Under the pieces are notes generated by a model, which was given only the letters and a program-made list of their open reading frames with translations, made no database searches and was not told the origin of the DNA. Both the position numbers and the translations under genes were made by a program. DNA of 64,000 nt from a virus (taxonomy: Duplodnaviria > Heunggongvirae > Uroviricota > Caudoviricetes): IMG/VR virus record IMGVR_UViG_3300010162_000009, one strand, 5' to 3'. Position 1 is the stretch's first letter; every line of letters begins with the position of its first letter. Positions 1 to 8,229 of this stretch are shown piece by piece.

Positions 1-673
1 TATTAAGTTCTGCTGTTTGCGCCATTTTTTCGAGAGTTTGAGTAACTTTGTCATTTAGTTGTAGCAACTGTTCAAATTTATTTTTCAACTCTTCCATATC
101 ACTATTTGCTTTATCCTGACCGTCGGTTAGTTGAGATATGTCTATAACATTATCTCCAGGTTGTAATCCACCTTCTTCACCTTCCATATCAATATCCTCA
201 TACTCTTCTTCACCTTCCATTGGAGCAGCATTCGGGTCAGCGTTTGGATCCATACCAACATTTGGGTCTGCCGGAGCAGCGTTAGGGTCTGCATTAGGAT
301 CTGCTGGTGGTGGAGCATTCGGGTCAGCGTTTGGATCCATACCAGCATTTGGGTCTGCCGGTGGAGCGGCGTTAGGGTCAGCATTAGGATCCGCTTCCTC
401 ACCTTCTTCTTCAAGTCTGGTATTAAAACCATATTCGGTTATCATCTTGAATCTTTTTGCGTAATTCCTAACAGCATTTTCCTTCATAATTCTTTCGTTA
501 TCATCATCTTTTATATCAGAAAGAATCCACGCCTTTGTTGCTTCTATGTTTGACAATTCTTCAAATACCGGTTCATTAGGATCCCAAGAAGGTTTAAAAA
601 TATCAAAACAACCATCCAAAGTTTCTTTTATCTTATATCCTTTGTAGGAGTATTTCTTAACATATTTTTTCAT
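1..673 (-). CDS. Hypothetical protein, 3'-truncated by the window edge. N-terminus [21 protein letters not shown]; contains DPNA/ADPN Pro-Asp-Asn low-complexity repeats. Paralog of 25193-25567.
   Basis: Manual translation of the minus strand from ATG at 673..671. The ORF track misses it because no stop lies in the window. The N-terminal 20 aa are near-identical to the product of 25193-25567. The plus-strand ORF 138-464 is its antisense artefact. Confidence 0.5.
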   Translation of the reverse strand, partial: MKKYVKKYSYKGYKIKETLDGCFDIFKPSWDPNEPVFEELSNIEATKAWILSDIKDDDNERIMKENAVRNYAKRFKMITEYGFNTRLEEEGEEADPNADPNAAPPADPNAGMDPNADPNAPPPADPNADPNAAPADPNVGMDPNADPNAAPMEGEEEYEDIDMEGEEGGLQPGDNVIDISQLTDGQDKANSDMEELKNKFEQLLQLNDKVTQTLEKMAQTAELN

Positions 674-676
674 AGT

Positions 677-844
677 AATTAGTCGTTTAATAGAAGTTTA
701 TTATCTTCGGTTATCAGAGTTTTTGCACAAGCAGTATATCGCTTTTCCAATAAACCATCGTTTTTTCTGATGCGTTTTACCGTTTCTACCGGTTTTTCAC
801 CCAATAGCGCACCTATCCTATTTTTTTGTTCCGATATAGTCATT
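677..844 (-). CDS. Small hypothetical protein (~55 aa, [18 protein letters not shown]...).
   Basis: Manual minus-strand ORF below the 60-aa track threshold, packed between flanking minus-strand genes. Confidence 0.25.
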
Positions 845-867
845 TTAGTAAAATATTATTTTTCTTA

Positions 868-1056
868 TTATTCAACATCCCCACTAAACAGATTAGGATG
901 TTGTTCAACCATCTCAATTTTTTGAACAGGAACAACTTTAACTTCTGGTGCTGGGGTTTTTGCCTCTGTTGTTTGAATAATTTCCGTGCGTTTTTTATGC
1001 GGAAAAACCAACTTTGGCATGTTATGAATGTGTTTTCTATTATATCTTTGTAACAT
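868..1056 (-). CDS. Small hypothetical protein (~62 aa from internal ATG).
   Basis: ORF track 868-1083. Start trimmed to the ATG at 1056 to avoid overlap with the upstream gene stop at 1061. Confidence 0.25.
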   Translation of the reverse strand: MLQRYNRKHIHNMPKLVFPHKKRTEIIQTTEAKTPAPEVKVVPVQKIEMVEQHPNLFSGDVE

Positions 1057-1060
1057 ATTA

Positions 1061-1891
1061 TTAAGTATTTTTGATTTCGTCAATTACCTGTCTTATTTCA
1101 AATAGTTTCATTGCTTTGTTAATATCAGAAGAATCTTCAAATAATATTTGTTCTTTTAGTTGAAGGAATTTTTCCTTTAATTCTACATCTTCTGTTTCTT
1201 TGATTAACGTATTAAGAGAAGTTGTTATTGATTTTTGATATTCAACCAACACACCTTGTGGTTTAGTTGTTTTAATCAATTCTCTTACTAAATTCATTTC
1301 TTCGGAGGTTAATTTACCGGCGTATTTTTTATTGAAATCCTCAATTTTACTTTCAGGTGTTACTTGTTCATTAATTCCATTATCCTTTAATTTAAGGTTT
1401 TTAGCAAACGCATTTTTACATTCTATAAATAAGGATAAATCTTTGGATTTACCTTCATATAGTAAATAATCAAGAGTTCTGAAAACAGGAATATCTTTTG
1501 TTAATACCCACTTTTCTTTTTCAGTACCTTCGGTTAAAACATTACCCTCTTTCATGGTTCCCCATGGATTTTCAGTTTCTGTTATAATTTCATTGTTCAA
1601 CAAAAACCAAAACAATTTGTCATTGGCTTCAGACAACTCCTTTTTCGGAATATCACTAATAGAATTTAAAATTTCATTGACATATTCGTCTTTTGCACTT
1701 TCTTTGATATAAGAAGATACACCTTCCTCAATCTGTGCATACAAATCGTATTGCCTCTTTAAAATTTTATTTTCCTTTATCAGTTTGATGTAATTAGCGA
1801 TTACTTTCTTACCTTCATCGGTTTCATACAACTTACCAATTTTGGAGTTAAAGAAACTATTCATCTTATTAAATGACCTTATTTGTCTCAT
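1061..1891 (-). CDS. Hypothetical protein, 276 aa.
   Basis: Long ORF. ATAAATAG motif 17 bp upstream of the start. Confidence 0.6.
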   Translation of the reverse strand: MRQIRSFNKMNSFFNSKIGKLYETDEGKKVIANYIKLIKENKILKRQYDLYAQIEEGVSSYIKESAKDEYVNEILNSISDIPKKELSEANDKLFWFLLNNEIITETENPWGTMKEGNVLTEGTEKEKWVLTKDIPVFRTLDYLLYEGKSKDLSLFIECKNAFAKNLKLKDNGINEQVTPESKIEDFNKKYAGKLTSEEMNLVRELIKTTKPQGVLVEYQKSITTSLNTLIKETEDVELKEKFLQLKEQILFEDSSDINKAMKLFEIRQVIDEIKNT

Positions 1892-1908
1892 ATAATTTGA
1901 TTTTTAAT

Positions 1909-1916
1909 ATAAATAG
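1909..1916 (-). promoter_or_regulatory. Conserved phage promoter-like motif (plus strand ATAAATAG, sense strand CTATTTAT) upstream of 1061-1891.
   Basis: Motif instance 1 of about 18; see findings. Confidence 0.5.
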
Positions 1917-2070
1917 AAATATTTTATTTTAAATTATTTTACAAAATGATTTTCCGCATAACCCTCTTCTTTGACATCTAATATGATTTTAAATGGAATT
2001 AGAATGGAAATAGACATGTAATTATTGAAATATCAAAAAAAAAATTATATTTAAATAAAATGGTTAGTAG

Positions 2071-3552
2071 ATGGGTAAAAAAATAACGACAGAAGACTGG
2101 ATAAAAAAAGCAAGTAAAGTTCATAATAACAAATATGACTACTCAAAAACTATATATACCAATGCCAGAGAAAAGGTTCACATAATATGTCCTGAACATG
2201 GTGAGTTTTTTCAAACACCAGACGCACATGCAAGAGGACAAGGTTGTCAAGCATGTGGAGGAAATAAACCGCTAACAAGAGAAGTTTGGATTGAAAGAGC
2301 AAAAATAGTTCATGGTGATAGATACGATTATTCAAAAGTTGAATATGTTAATTATGATAAAAAGGTTTGTATAATCTGTCCCATTCACGGGGAATTTTGG
2401 CAAACAGGAAATAGTCATTTGAAAGGGTTTAATTGCCCAAAATGTTATGGTAGAAATAGAACAACAGATGAATGGATTGAAAAAGCAAAACAGATTCATG
2501 GTGATAAATATGATTATTCAAAATCAGAGTATATTGTTCTTCAAGAAAGGGTGTGTATTATTTGCCCAATACATGGGAAATTTTGGCAAACACCAGCAAA
2601 CCACTTAAGAAAAAGGGGATGTCCAAAATGTATAGGAAAAAATAAAACAACCGAAGAACTTATTGAAGAAATGAGAGAAATTCATGGTGATAAGTATGAT
2701 TATTCAAAGGTTGAGTATACTTCTGCTATAACAAAAGTTTGTATAATCTGTTATAAACATGGGGAATTTCAGCAAACACCAAATAAACATTTGGGGTGGA
2801 AGGGATGTCCAAAATGTGTGGGAAAAAACAAAACAACAGAAGAGTGGATCAAAGAAGTAAAACAAGTTCATGGTAATAGATATGATTATTCAAAAGTCAA
2901 ATATATTGATAGTATAAAAAAAGTTTGTATAATTTGTTCAGAACACGGTGAGTTTTGGCAAACACCTCTGAACCATTTTAACAGCAACGGTTGTGCGAAA
3001 TGTGTTGGAAAAAATAAAACAACCGATGAATGGATTAAACAAGTAAAACAAGTCCACAACAATAGATATGATTATTCAAAATCTATATATACTAACGCTA
3101 AAGAGAAGGTGTGTATAATATGTCCTGAACATGGGGAATTTTATCAAATCGCATTCAGTCACTCAAATGGGAGTAAATGTCCCAAATGTATTTCCTCTAA
3201 AATGGAAGATAGTGTGTCTGAATTTTTAAACAAACATAGTATTTTATATGAAAAAAAATATCGCGGTTTTGCTTGGTTAAAATATAAACAACGTTTAGAA
3301 TTAGATTTTTATATCCCATCATATAATATTGGTATTGAATGTCAGGGTCAACAACATTTTATTTCTATTAATTATTTTGGGGGGCAAGATGGTTTTGAAA
3401 AAACAAAAATTCGTGATAAAATAAAAAAACGATTGTGTGAAAAACATAATATTCCACTATTCTATATTAATTATAATGACAATATTGAAGATAAACTTAA
3501 TACTTTATTTTTCAAAAGCAAACACATAAAAATAGACAACACCTATTTATAA
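2071..3552 (+). CDS. Zinc-ribbon repeat protein. Six ~68-aa repeats ([12 protein letters not shown]...[23 protein letters not shown]) plus a C-terminal PD-(D/E)XK/Vsr-like nuclease-like domain (ELDFY...IECQGQQHF). Paralog of 20244-21266.
   Basis: Internal repeats visible in the translation. CxxC and H-G-E motifs. The C-terminal E-x-D...E-C/H-Q-G-x-Q-H motif is shared with 20244-21266. Confidence 0.6.
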   Translation: MGKKITTEDWIKKASKVHNNKYDYSKTIYTNAREKVHIICPEHGEFFQTPDAHARGQGCQACGGNKPLTREVWIERAKIVHGDRYDYSKVEYVNYDKKVCIICPIHGEFWQTGNSHLKGFNCPKCYGRNRTTDEWIEKAKQIHGDKYDYSKSEYIVLQERVCIICPIHGKFWQTPANHLRKRGCPKCIGKNKTTEELIEEMREIHGDKYDYSKVEYTSAITKVCIICYKHGEFQQTPNKHLGWKGCPKCVGKNKTTEEWIKEVKQVHGNRYDYSKVKYIDSIKKVCIICSEHGEFWQTPLNHFNSNGCAKCVGKNKTTDEWIKQVKQVHNNRYDYSKSIYTNAKEKVCIICPEHGEFYQIAFSHSNGSKCPKCISSKMEDSVSEFLNKHSILYEKKYRGFAWLKYKQRLELDFYIPSYNIGIECQGQQHFISINYFGGQDGFEKTKIRDKIKKRLCEKHNIPLFYINYNDNIEDKLNTLFFKSKHIKIDNTYL

Positions 3553-3576
3553 TATATATTATAACCGTATTCAACA

Positions 3577-5523
3577 ATGGCAAAAAAACAGGATAAACCC
3601 ATAAGCATATATCAAGCACTGATTAAAACGTTAACAGGGTGGGATAATGGAGAATATAATACGACTGTTCAATCAAATCGTCAACGTGTCTATAATTATA
3701 ATGATGATATTATTATTAGAACAAAGGATAAGAACGAATATGAATCTGCACTCATACAAGCAAAACAAGATAAATTTTTGAGTTCAGCATGGGTACACGC
3801 ACATGCAAGTACTAACATGTTGGATATGAAGAGTATATCCTATGTAGATTTAATGATGCGGGACTGTGAAAACATGTCCCAAAGACCGGAAATTTATCAA
3901 GCATTAAACATTATGGCATCGGAAACATGTAGTCTTGGAGGCGACGGTTCCTTAATCAACATAACATCCAAATCAGAAAGAATAAAATTCATACTTGAAG
4001 ATCTTTTTGTAAACAGACTTCAAATACACTTAGAATTATTTCCATTAGTCCGTACCATGTTGAAGTACGGTAATGAATATAAATTGTTAAACATTCAAGC
4101 AAAGAATGGGATTCTTGGATGGCATTCAATACCAGTAGTACAAATGAGAAGATTCCAAAGTTTACATCCTTACGGAATTATGCCGAGAACAACTGGTGAA
4201 CAAGCAAATGATATGACACAACTTCAACCACATTTTGAATTTCTTGGGGCAGGTGCACCACAATCTTTTCATAATTGGCAAGTTGCGCATTTTAGATTAA
4301 TGAATGATATGATATGCCAACCTTATGGATGTAGCGCAATTAATGGTGCTAGACAACAGTGGCGTAGACTCATGATGGCAGAAGATCATATGCTTATACA
4401 CATGGCGGATCGTGCATATGAACGATTGATATTTAAAATCGACGTTGGTTTAATTGATGATGCTGACGTTGAAGCATACGTACAGGAAATTGCAAACCGA
4501 TTTAAAAGGACACAGAGAATAGACCCACAAACTGGACAACTTGATTTGTCTAAGAATCATATGAGTCCCTTAGATGATTTCTTCATTCCGGTTAGGGGTA
4601 ATAACGATGCAAGTAAGATAGAAACACTTGCTGGTAGTTCAGCATTTGATAAATTCAAGGATATGTTAGAATATCTTCACTTACAAATGCTCACCGCATT
4701 AGGTGTCCCCAAAGTATTTTTGAATTTTGAAGCATCTCCAGCAGAAGGTAGAACATTATCAATGACCGACATAAGATTCGCTAAACTCATCAATCGTTTT
4801 CAACAGTGTGTAATATTAGAGTTAAATAAGATTGCAATTATTCATCTATATCTATTAGGATTTGAAGACGATTTAAATAATTTTACAATAACGATGAATA
4901 ATCCTTCAACTCAAGTTGAAATTATGAGAGTTGAAGAAATGCAGAAGAAAATGCTTGCTGTTAGAGATGGTCTAACAAATACGGATGCCGGTCTACCAAT
5001 ATATTCATGGAAAAAGGCGTTGAAAGAAATTATGAAATTTTCAGATGCTGAAATTAATCAAATATTGGAAGATATGCGTTTTGAAAAAGCGGTATCAACA
5101 GAATTGTCATTAACACAACAAATTATTAAGAAAACAGGAATATTTGATAAAGTTGATACATTATATGGTGAACCAAATTCAGAATATGATTATTCAGTTA
5201 CTGAAATAGGTCAAGCCGAAGCGGCGGCCGGTGGCGGTGGCGGCGGTGGAGGTGGTGGCATGGGCGGCGACATGGGTATGGGCGACATGGGTGGTGGCGA
5301 AGAAGGTGAAGCCGGAGCAGAAGAAGGTGGTGCGCCAGTAGAAGGTAGTGGAGAAGCACCTGCACCAGAAACCGGAAATACGGAAGGTGCGCCGATGGAA
5401 AATAAAAGGAGAAGAAAAGAAAATATTATTACAGAAAATAGATTTCCTATAAACGAGGAATTTGAGAATTTGATAGTAAAAATGGATGAGTATTTGAAAA
5501 GTAAAGATGATTTTCCCCAATAA
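3577..5523 (+). CDS. Portal vertex protein, T4 gp20-like, with a C-terminal poly-Gly and acidic extension.
   Basis: Segments IETLAGSSAFDKFKDMLEYLHLQMLTALGVP and MTDIRFAKLINRFQQ resemble the conserved gp20 core as I recall it. 648 aa. The GC-rich stretch 5215-5400 encodes GGGGGGGGGGMGGDMGMGDMGGGEEGE. Confidence 0.6.
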   Translation: MAKKQDKPISIYQALIKTLTGWDNGEYNTTVQSNRQRVYNYNDDIIIRTKDKNEYESALIQAKQDKFLSSAWVHAHASTNMLDMKSISYVDLMMRDCENMSQRPEIYQALNIMASETCSLGGDGSLINITSKSERIKFILEDLFVNRLQIHLELFPLVRTMLKYGNEYKLLNIQAKNGILGWHSIPVVQMRRFQSLHPYGIMPRTTGEQANDMTQLQPHFEFLGAGAPQSFHNWQVAHFRLMNDMICQPYGCSAINGARQQWRRLMMAEDHMLIHMADRAYERLIFKIDVGLIDDADVEAYVQEIANRFKRTQRIDPQTGQLDLSKNHMSPLDDFFIPVRGNNDASKIETLAGSSAFDKFKDMLEYLHLQMLTALGVPKVFLNFEASPAEGRTLSMTDIRFAKLINRFQQCVILELNKIAIIHLYLLGFEDDLNNFTITMNNPSTQVEIMRVEEMQKKMLAVRDGLTNTDAGLPIYSWKKALKEIMKFSDAEINQILEDMRFEKAVSTELSLTQQIIKKTGIFDKVDTLYGEPNSEYDYSVTEIGQAEAAAGGGGGGGGGGMGGDMGMGDMGGGEEGEAGAEEGGAPVEGSGEAPAPETGNTEGAPMENKRRRKENIITENRFPINEEFENLIVKMDEYLKSKDDFPQ

Positions 5524-5598
5524 TACCGCAGAATTTGAATTAACTACATGGGTATTTTGTGGAAAGTAGAATTTTTTGAAAAAACACAAAAAAACTGT

Positions 5599-5606
5599 CT
5601 ATTTAT
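5599..5606 (+). promoter_or_regulatory. Orphan CTATTTAT motif in the 430-bp intergenic region after the portal gene; no CDS within 170 bp.
   Basis: Exact motif on the plus strand. It is followed by a GC-rich structured element at 5843-5886. Confidence 0.3.
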
Positions 5607-5842
5607 ATTAGAATAAAAAAAGTGATGTTAGTTTTGAATACATATACGTCGGGTTTACCCAAATTTCATCTTAATGAGCAACCAGAGGATAATATACCAT
5701 TGGGAGTGATTTCTATGTAATTTTTGTACATCCACACATCATAATATCAAACTCCCATTGAAATAATCTTTGGGGGTTTTTTGTTTTTTTATACGTTCTT
5801 TGACATGGTGGTTAAAAAATATGTCGCGTTGGACAAGAGGTA

Positions 5843-5886
5843 AGTCACCGCGCTTTCACCGCGGAGTGAGGGGATCGTTACCCCTA
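5843..5886 (+). other. Pair of GC-rich stem-loops (tcaCCGCG-ctttcac-CGCGGagtga and AGGGG-atcgtta-CCCCT). Candidate structured RNA or terminator.
   Basis: Inverted repeats read directly from the sequence. Local GC is far above the window average. Confidence 0.3.
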
Positions 5887-5953
5887 CGCGATACTATGAT
5901 CAGAAAATTTTCTATTTCTTATTTTTGTGGTATATTTTTAAAAAAAATTTAAT

Positions 5954-6415
5954 ATGAAAAACGGTTTTATCACGCTTCAATTTCATGCACAGGATCTCGA
6001 ATCATATTCAAATATGAGTCTAATAGACTTTTATAATATGAAGGAGAATGAGAGGAAATCTCAGTATGCTGCTGAAAAGTCGATTAAAGATGCAAAACTT
6101 AAAGTTATTAATGATATGGTTGGAAAAATATTTCTAATCAATTTCAATGATAATTCTTACAGGGTTTTTGTGCACGACACACCATTAAAAGTGTATTCTG
6201 ATACAGTGAACACAAAAACCCCGATAATCTGTATAATGAAGAATAAGAGTGTTTATTTCGATAGTTATACATACGTTCAATCGGAATGGTTGGTTGGAAT
6301 GAATGTCAAATCATGTGTTGAAATAACTAAAAAAGAACGTGACGTGATAGTTAAACAAATTGAAAAAATTTCATTAGATGTTTCAAACATAATTATCAAG
6401 AATACTGTTATATAG
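5954..6415 (+). CDS. Hypothetical protein, 153 aa.
   Basis: ORF track; tight spacing with the next gene. Confidence 0.5.
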   Translation: MKNGFITLQFHAQDLESYSNMSLIDFYNMKENERKSQYAAEKSIKDAKLKVINDMVGKIFLINFNDNSYRVFVHDTPLKVYSDTVNTKTPIICIMKNKSVYFDSYTYVQSEWLVGMNVKSCVEITKKERDVIVKQIEKISLDVSNIIIKNTVI

Positions 6416-6459
6416 GTTTTAGATTAACATCTATATATCTTTATAATAACTACAAAATT

Positions 6460-6846
6460 ATGATCTTTAACAAGGAATTGATTAGGATATTTAAAACATT
6501 TAATGAAAATTTGAAACTGTGTACATATAATGATATGCTTAATGTTCAAAGCAGCCGGTTAGTGATTAAAGAACATAGAGATTTACGTATTATTACAATA
6601 TACGCTGCACAAGAAAATATAGGAAGGGAAGTAACTTTAAAAGAGTGTATTGAGATACTATCAAAATTCAATGAGGAGTCTATTATACAGACAATGGACT
6701 TCAGTAGAGCAGTTTTGTGTTGTGAAAATATTACATTCAAAGAAAGTGGTGATAAATTGATAATGAAGGCAAATGGAATACAACAACGGTATTTGTGTAG
6801 TTGTGGTAGAACATCACCTTCTTTAGATTTTGAGGATGAAGAATAA
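6460..6846 (+). CDS. Hypothetical protein, 128 aa.
   Basis: ORF track; its stop lies 2 nt before tRNA-Asp. Confidence 0.5.
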   Translation: MIFNKELIRIFKTFNENLKLCTYNDMLNVQSSRLVIKEHRDLRIITIYAAQENIGREVTLKECIEILSKFNEESIIQTMDFSRAVLCCENITFKESGDKLIMKANGIQQRYLCSCGRTSPSLDFEDEE

Positions 6847-6848
6847 TT

Positions 6849-6921
6849 GGTGCGTTGGTGTAGTGGTTAACATATCTGCTTGTCACGCAGGGGATCATGG
6901 GTTCGAATCCCATACGCACCG
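6849..6921 (+). tRNA. tRNA-Asp (anticodon GTC).
   Basis: Cloverleaf folded by hand. Acceptor ggtgcgt/acgcacc; T-arm atggg-ttcgaat-cccat; anticodon loop ttGTCac. Confidence 0.8.
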
Positions 6922-6924
6922 CAT

Positions 6925-6998
6925 CGGAGAGTAGCTCAGTGGGAGAGCAATAGATGGTCAAAGTCTATGTGACGAAAGTTCGATTCTTTCTTCTCCGA
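6925..6998 (+). tRNA. tRNA with a non-canonical anticodon arm. Simplest fold gives a 6-bp stem atagat/gtctat and loop ggTCAaa, i.e. anticodon TCA (UGA-reading, suppressor-like). Identity uncertain.
   Basis: Good acceptor stem (cggagag/ttctccg), D-arm (tagctcagtgggagagc) and T-arm (gaaag-ttcgatt-ctttc). U33 is replaced by G in the proposed loop. Confidence 0.55.
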
Positions 6999-7004
6999 CA
7001 AAAT

Positions 7005-7076
7005 GGTAATGGTGGTGTAGTGGTAGCATGTCAGATTGTGGATCTGTTGGGTTTGGTTCGAGTCCAAACATTACCC
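7005..7076 (+). tRNA. tRNA-His (anticodon GTG).
   Basis: Acceptor ggtaatg/cattacc with discriminator C; anticodon loop ttGTGga; T-arm tttgg-ttcgagt-ccaaa. Confidence 0.75.
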
Positions 7077-7109
7077 AAAAAATTGTATATTTAATAAAAT
7101 TTAAATAAT

Positions 7110-7289
7110 ATGAAACAATGTCATGGTACATGCGATTGTCTAGAAGAGAAAACAGTACCCGTTGAAATAAGAAAGGAACCTGATGTAGAAGAGATAGGTT
7201 GGTTTTGCAAACAACTTGGGGTTTGGTTTATAGAACCAAAAGCATGGGGAATCTGTATGGATCCCGATGACATGGGTAGTTGTTTTTAA
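7110..7289 (+). CDS. Small Cys-rich protein (59 aa, MKQCHGTCDCLEEK...CMDPDDMGSCF) embedded in the tRNA cluster.
   Basis: Manual ORF between tRNA-His and tRNA-Asn; below the track threshold. Confidence 0.3.
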   Translation: MKQCHGTCDCLEEKTVPVEIRKEPDVEEIGWFCKQLGVWFIEPKAWGICMDPDDMGSCF

Positions 7290-7296
7290 TCAATAT

Positions 7297-7368
7297 TGGA
7301 ATATAGTTCAGCGGTAGAACACCTGACCGTTAATCAGGGAGTCGTAGGTTCAAATCCTACTATTCCAG
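7297..7368 (+). tRNA. tRNA-Asn (anticodon GTT; C at position 33).
   Basis: Acceptor tggaata/tattcca; D-arm gttc-agcggta-gaac; anticodon stem cctga/tcagg with loop ccGTTaa; T-arm gtagg-ttcaaat-cctac. Confidence 0.7.
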
Positions 7369-7374
7369 CTCATT

Positions 7375-7917
7375 ATGAAGTATATAATTGTAATATTATT
7401 ATGTTTTTGTGTTGAATGTTTTGGACAAACAAGACGTTCACCACAAAGAAATATTAGAAGACAGAATACCCAAACGTGTTTTGTGGAGTTTGGTGGACCA
7501 GGTCAAGGGTTTACATTCAATTTCGATACACGTATTTTAGGTGAGGGGGATTTTGGTCCAGGATTTCGTATAGGTGCAGGGGTTGGTTTCGATGGTGAAT
7601 TGTTCGATGAACCGGGTATAGGTATGTTTGCTGTTATTCCGGTTGGGGTAGATTGGGTTTTTGGTTTTAAAAATAATTATTTTGACATAGGATCCAGAAT
7701 ATTATTCTATTCCAGATTACCATATCATTTTTATAATACAGGTAATATCGCTAATACAAAATATCCAAACGATAAAATGATATTAATAATTGGAGGAAAC
7801 TATAATCCGGATCCTATTGGAAGTAGGTATTTTTTGAAAATAGGTGGGGGAGTATCAATGTCGAGGAATAGAATTCTTCCGTATATGAACTTCGGAATGG
7901 GATTCGTAATAAAATAA
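7375..7917 (+). CDS. Secreted Gly-rich beta-strand protein with a signal peptide, possibly outer-membrane beta-barrel-like; 180 aa.
   Basis: N-terminal signal MKYIIVILLCFCVECFGQ; alternating hydrophobic and Gly-rich pattern. Lies between tRNA-Asn and tRNA-Pro. Confidence 0.5.
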   Translation: MKYIIVILLCFCVECFGQTRRSPQRNIRRQNTQTCFVEFGGPGQGFTFNFDTRILGEGDFGPGFRIGAGVGFDGELFDEPGIGMFAVIPVGVDWVFGFKNNYFDIGSRILFYSRLPYHFYNTGNIANTKYPNDKMILIIGGNYNPDPIGSRYFLKIGGGVSMSRNRILPYMNFGMGFVIK

Positions 7918-7927
7918 AATTTTAAAT

Positions 7928-7999
7928 ATGGGTGTGGTCCAGTGGTAGGGCGGTAGGTTTGGGACCTACAAATCGTGGATTCGATTTCCACCACCCATA
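7928..7999 (+). tRNA. tRNA-Pro (anticodon TGG).
   Basis: Acceptor atgggtg/cacccat; anticodon stem gtagg/cctac with loop ttTGGga; T-arm gtgga-ttcgatt-tccac. Confidence 0.8.
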
Positions 8000-8029
8000 C
8001 GAATAAGTGGTTTATTTCCACAAACTAAT

Positions 8030-8111
8030 GCGGTTGTGGCGGAATTGGTAGACGCACCAGATTTAGGATCTGGTTCCGAAAGGAGTGGGAGTTCGAGTCT
8101 CTTCATCCGTA
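8030..8111 (+). tRNA. tRNA-Leu (anticodon TAG), type II with a long variable arm.
   Basis: D-arm tggcggaattggtagacgc as in bacterial tRNA-Leu. Anticodon stem ccaga/tctgg with loop ttTAGga. Variable arm tccgaaaggagtggg. One acceptor-stem mismatch. Confidence 0.7.
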
Positions 8112-8117
8112 CAAAAA

Positions 8118-8193
8118 GACCTTATAAATCAGTTGGGTTAGAGCAATTGATTTTTTAATCCGCAGGTCGGTAGTTCAAGTCCACCTGTGGTCA
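8118..8193 (+). pseudogene. Degenerate tRNA-like element. D-loop-like tcagttgggttagagca and T-arm-like ggtagttcaagtccacc are present, but no consistent anticodon stem.
   Basis: Resembles a tRNA-Lys(TTT)-type sequence, but I could not fold the anticodon and T arms canonically. Confidence 0.25.
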
Positions 8194-8229
8194 CTAAATT
8201 ATTGTCTTGTGGTGTAATGATTAAAAATG

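Noticed and set aside
138-464. Plus-strand ORF encoding GSAFGS low-complexity repeats (and the minus ORF 142-432 in another frame).
   Set aside because: Both are shadow frames of the real minus-strand gene 1-673. That gene's N-terminus matches paralog 25193-25567 exactly. The real gene is missing from the ORF track only because it runs off the window edge.
5194-5589. 131-aa minus-strand ORF inside the 3' end of the portal gene.
   Set aside because: Antisense to the GC-rich Gly-codon stretch of the portal. Arg/Thr/Ala-rich artefact.
7800-8021. Minus-strand 73-aa ORF.
   Set aside because: Overlaps tRNA-Pro and the 3' end of 7375-7917.
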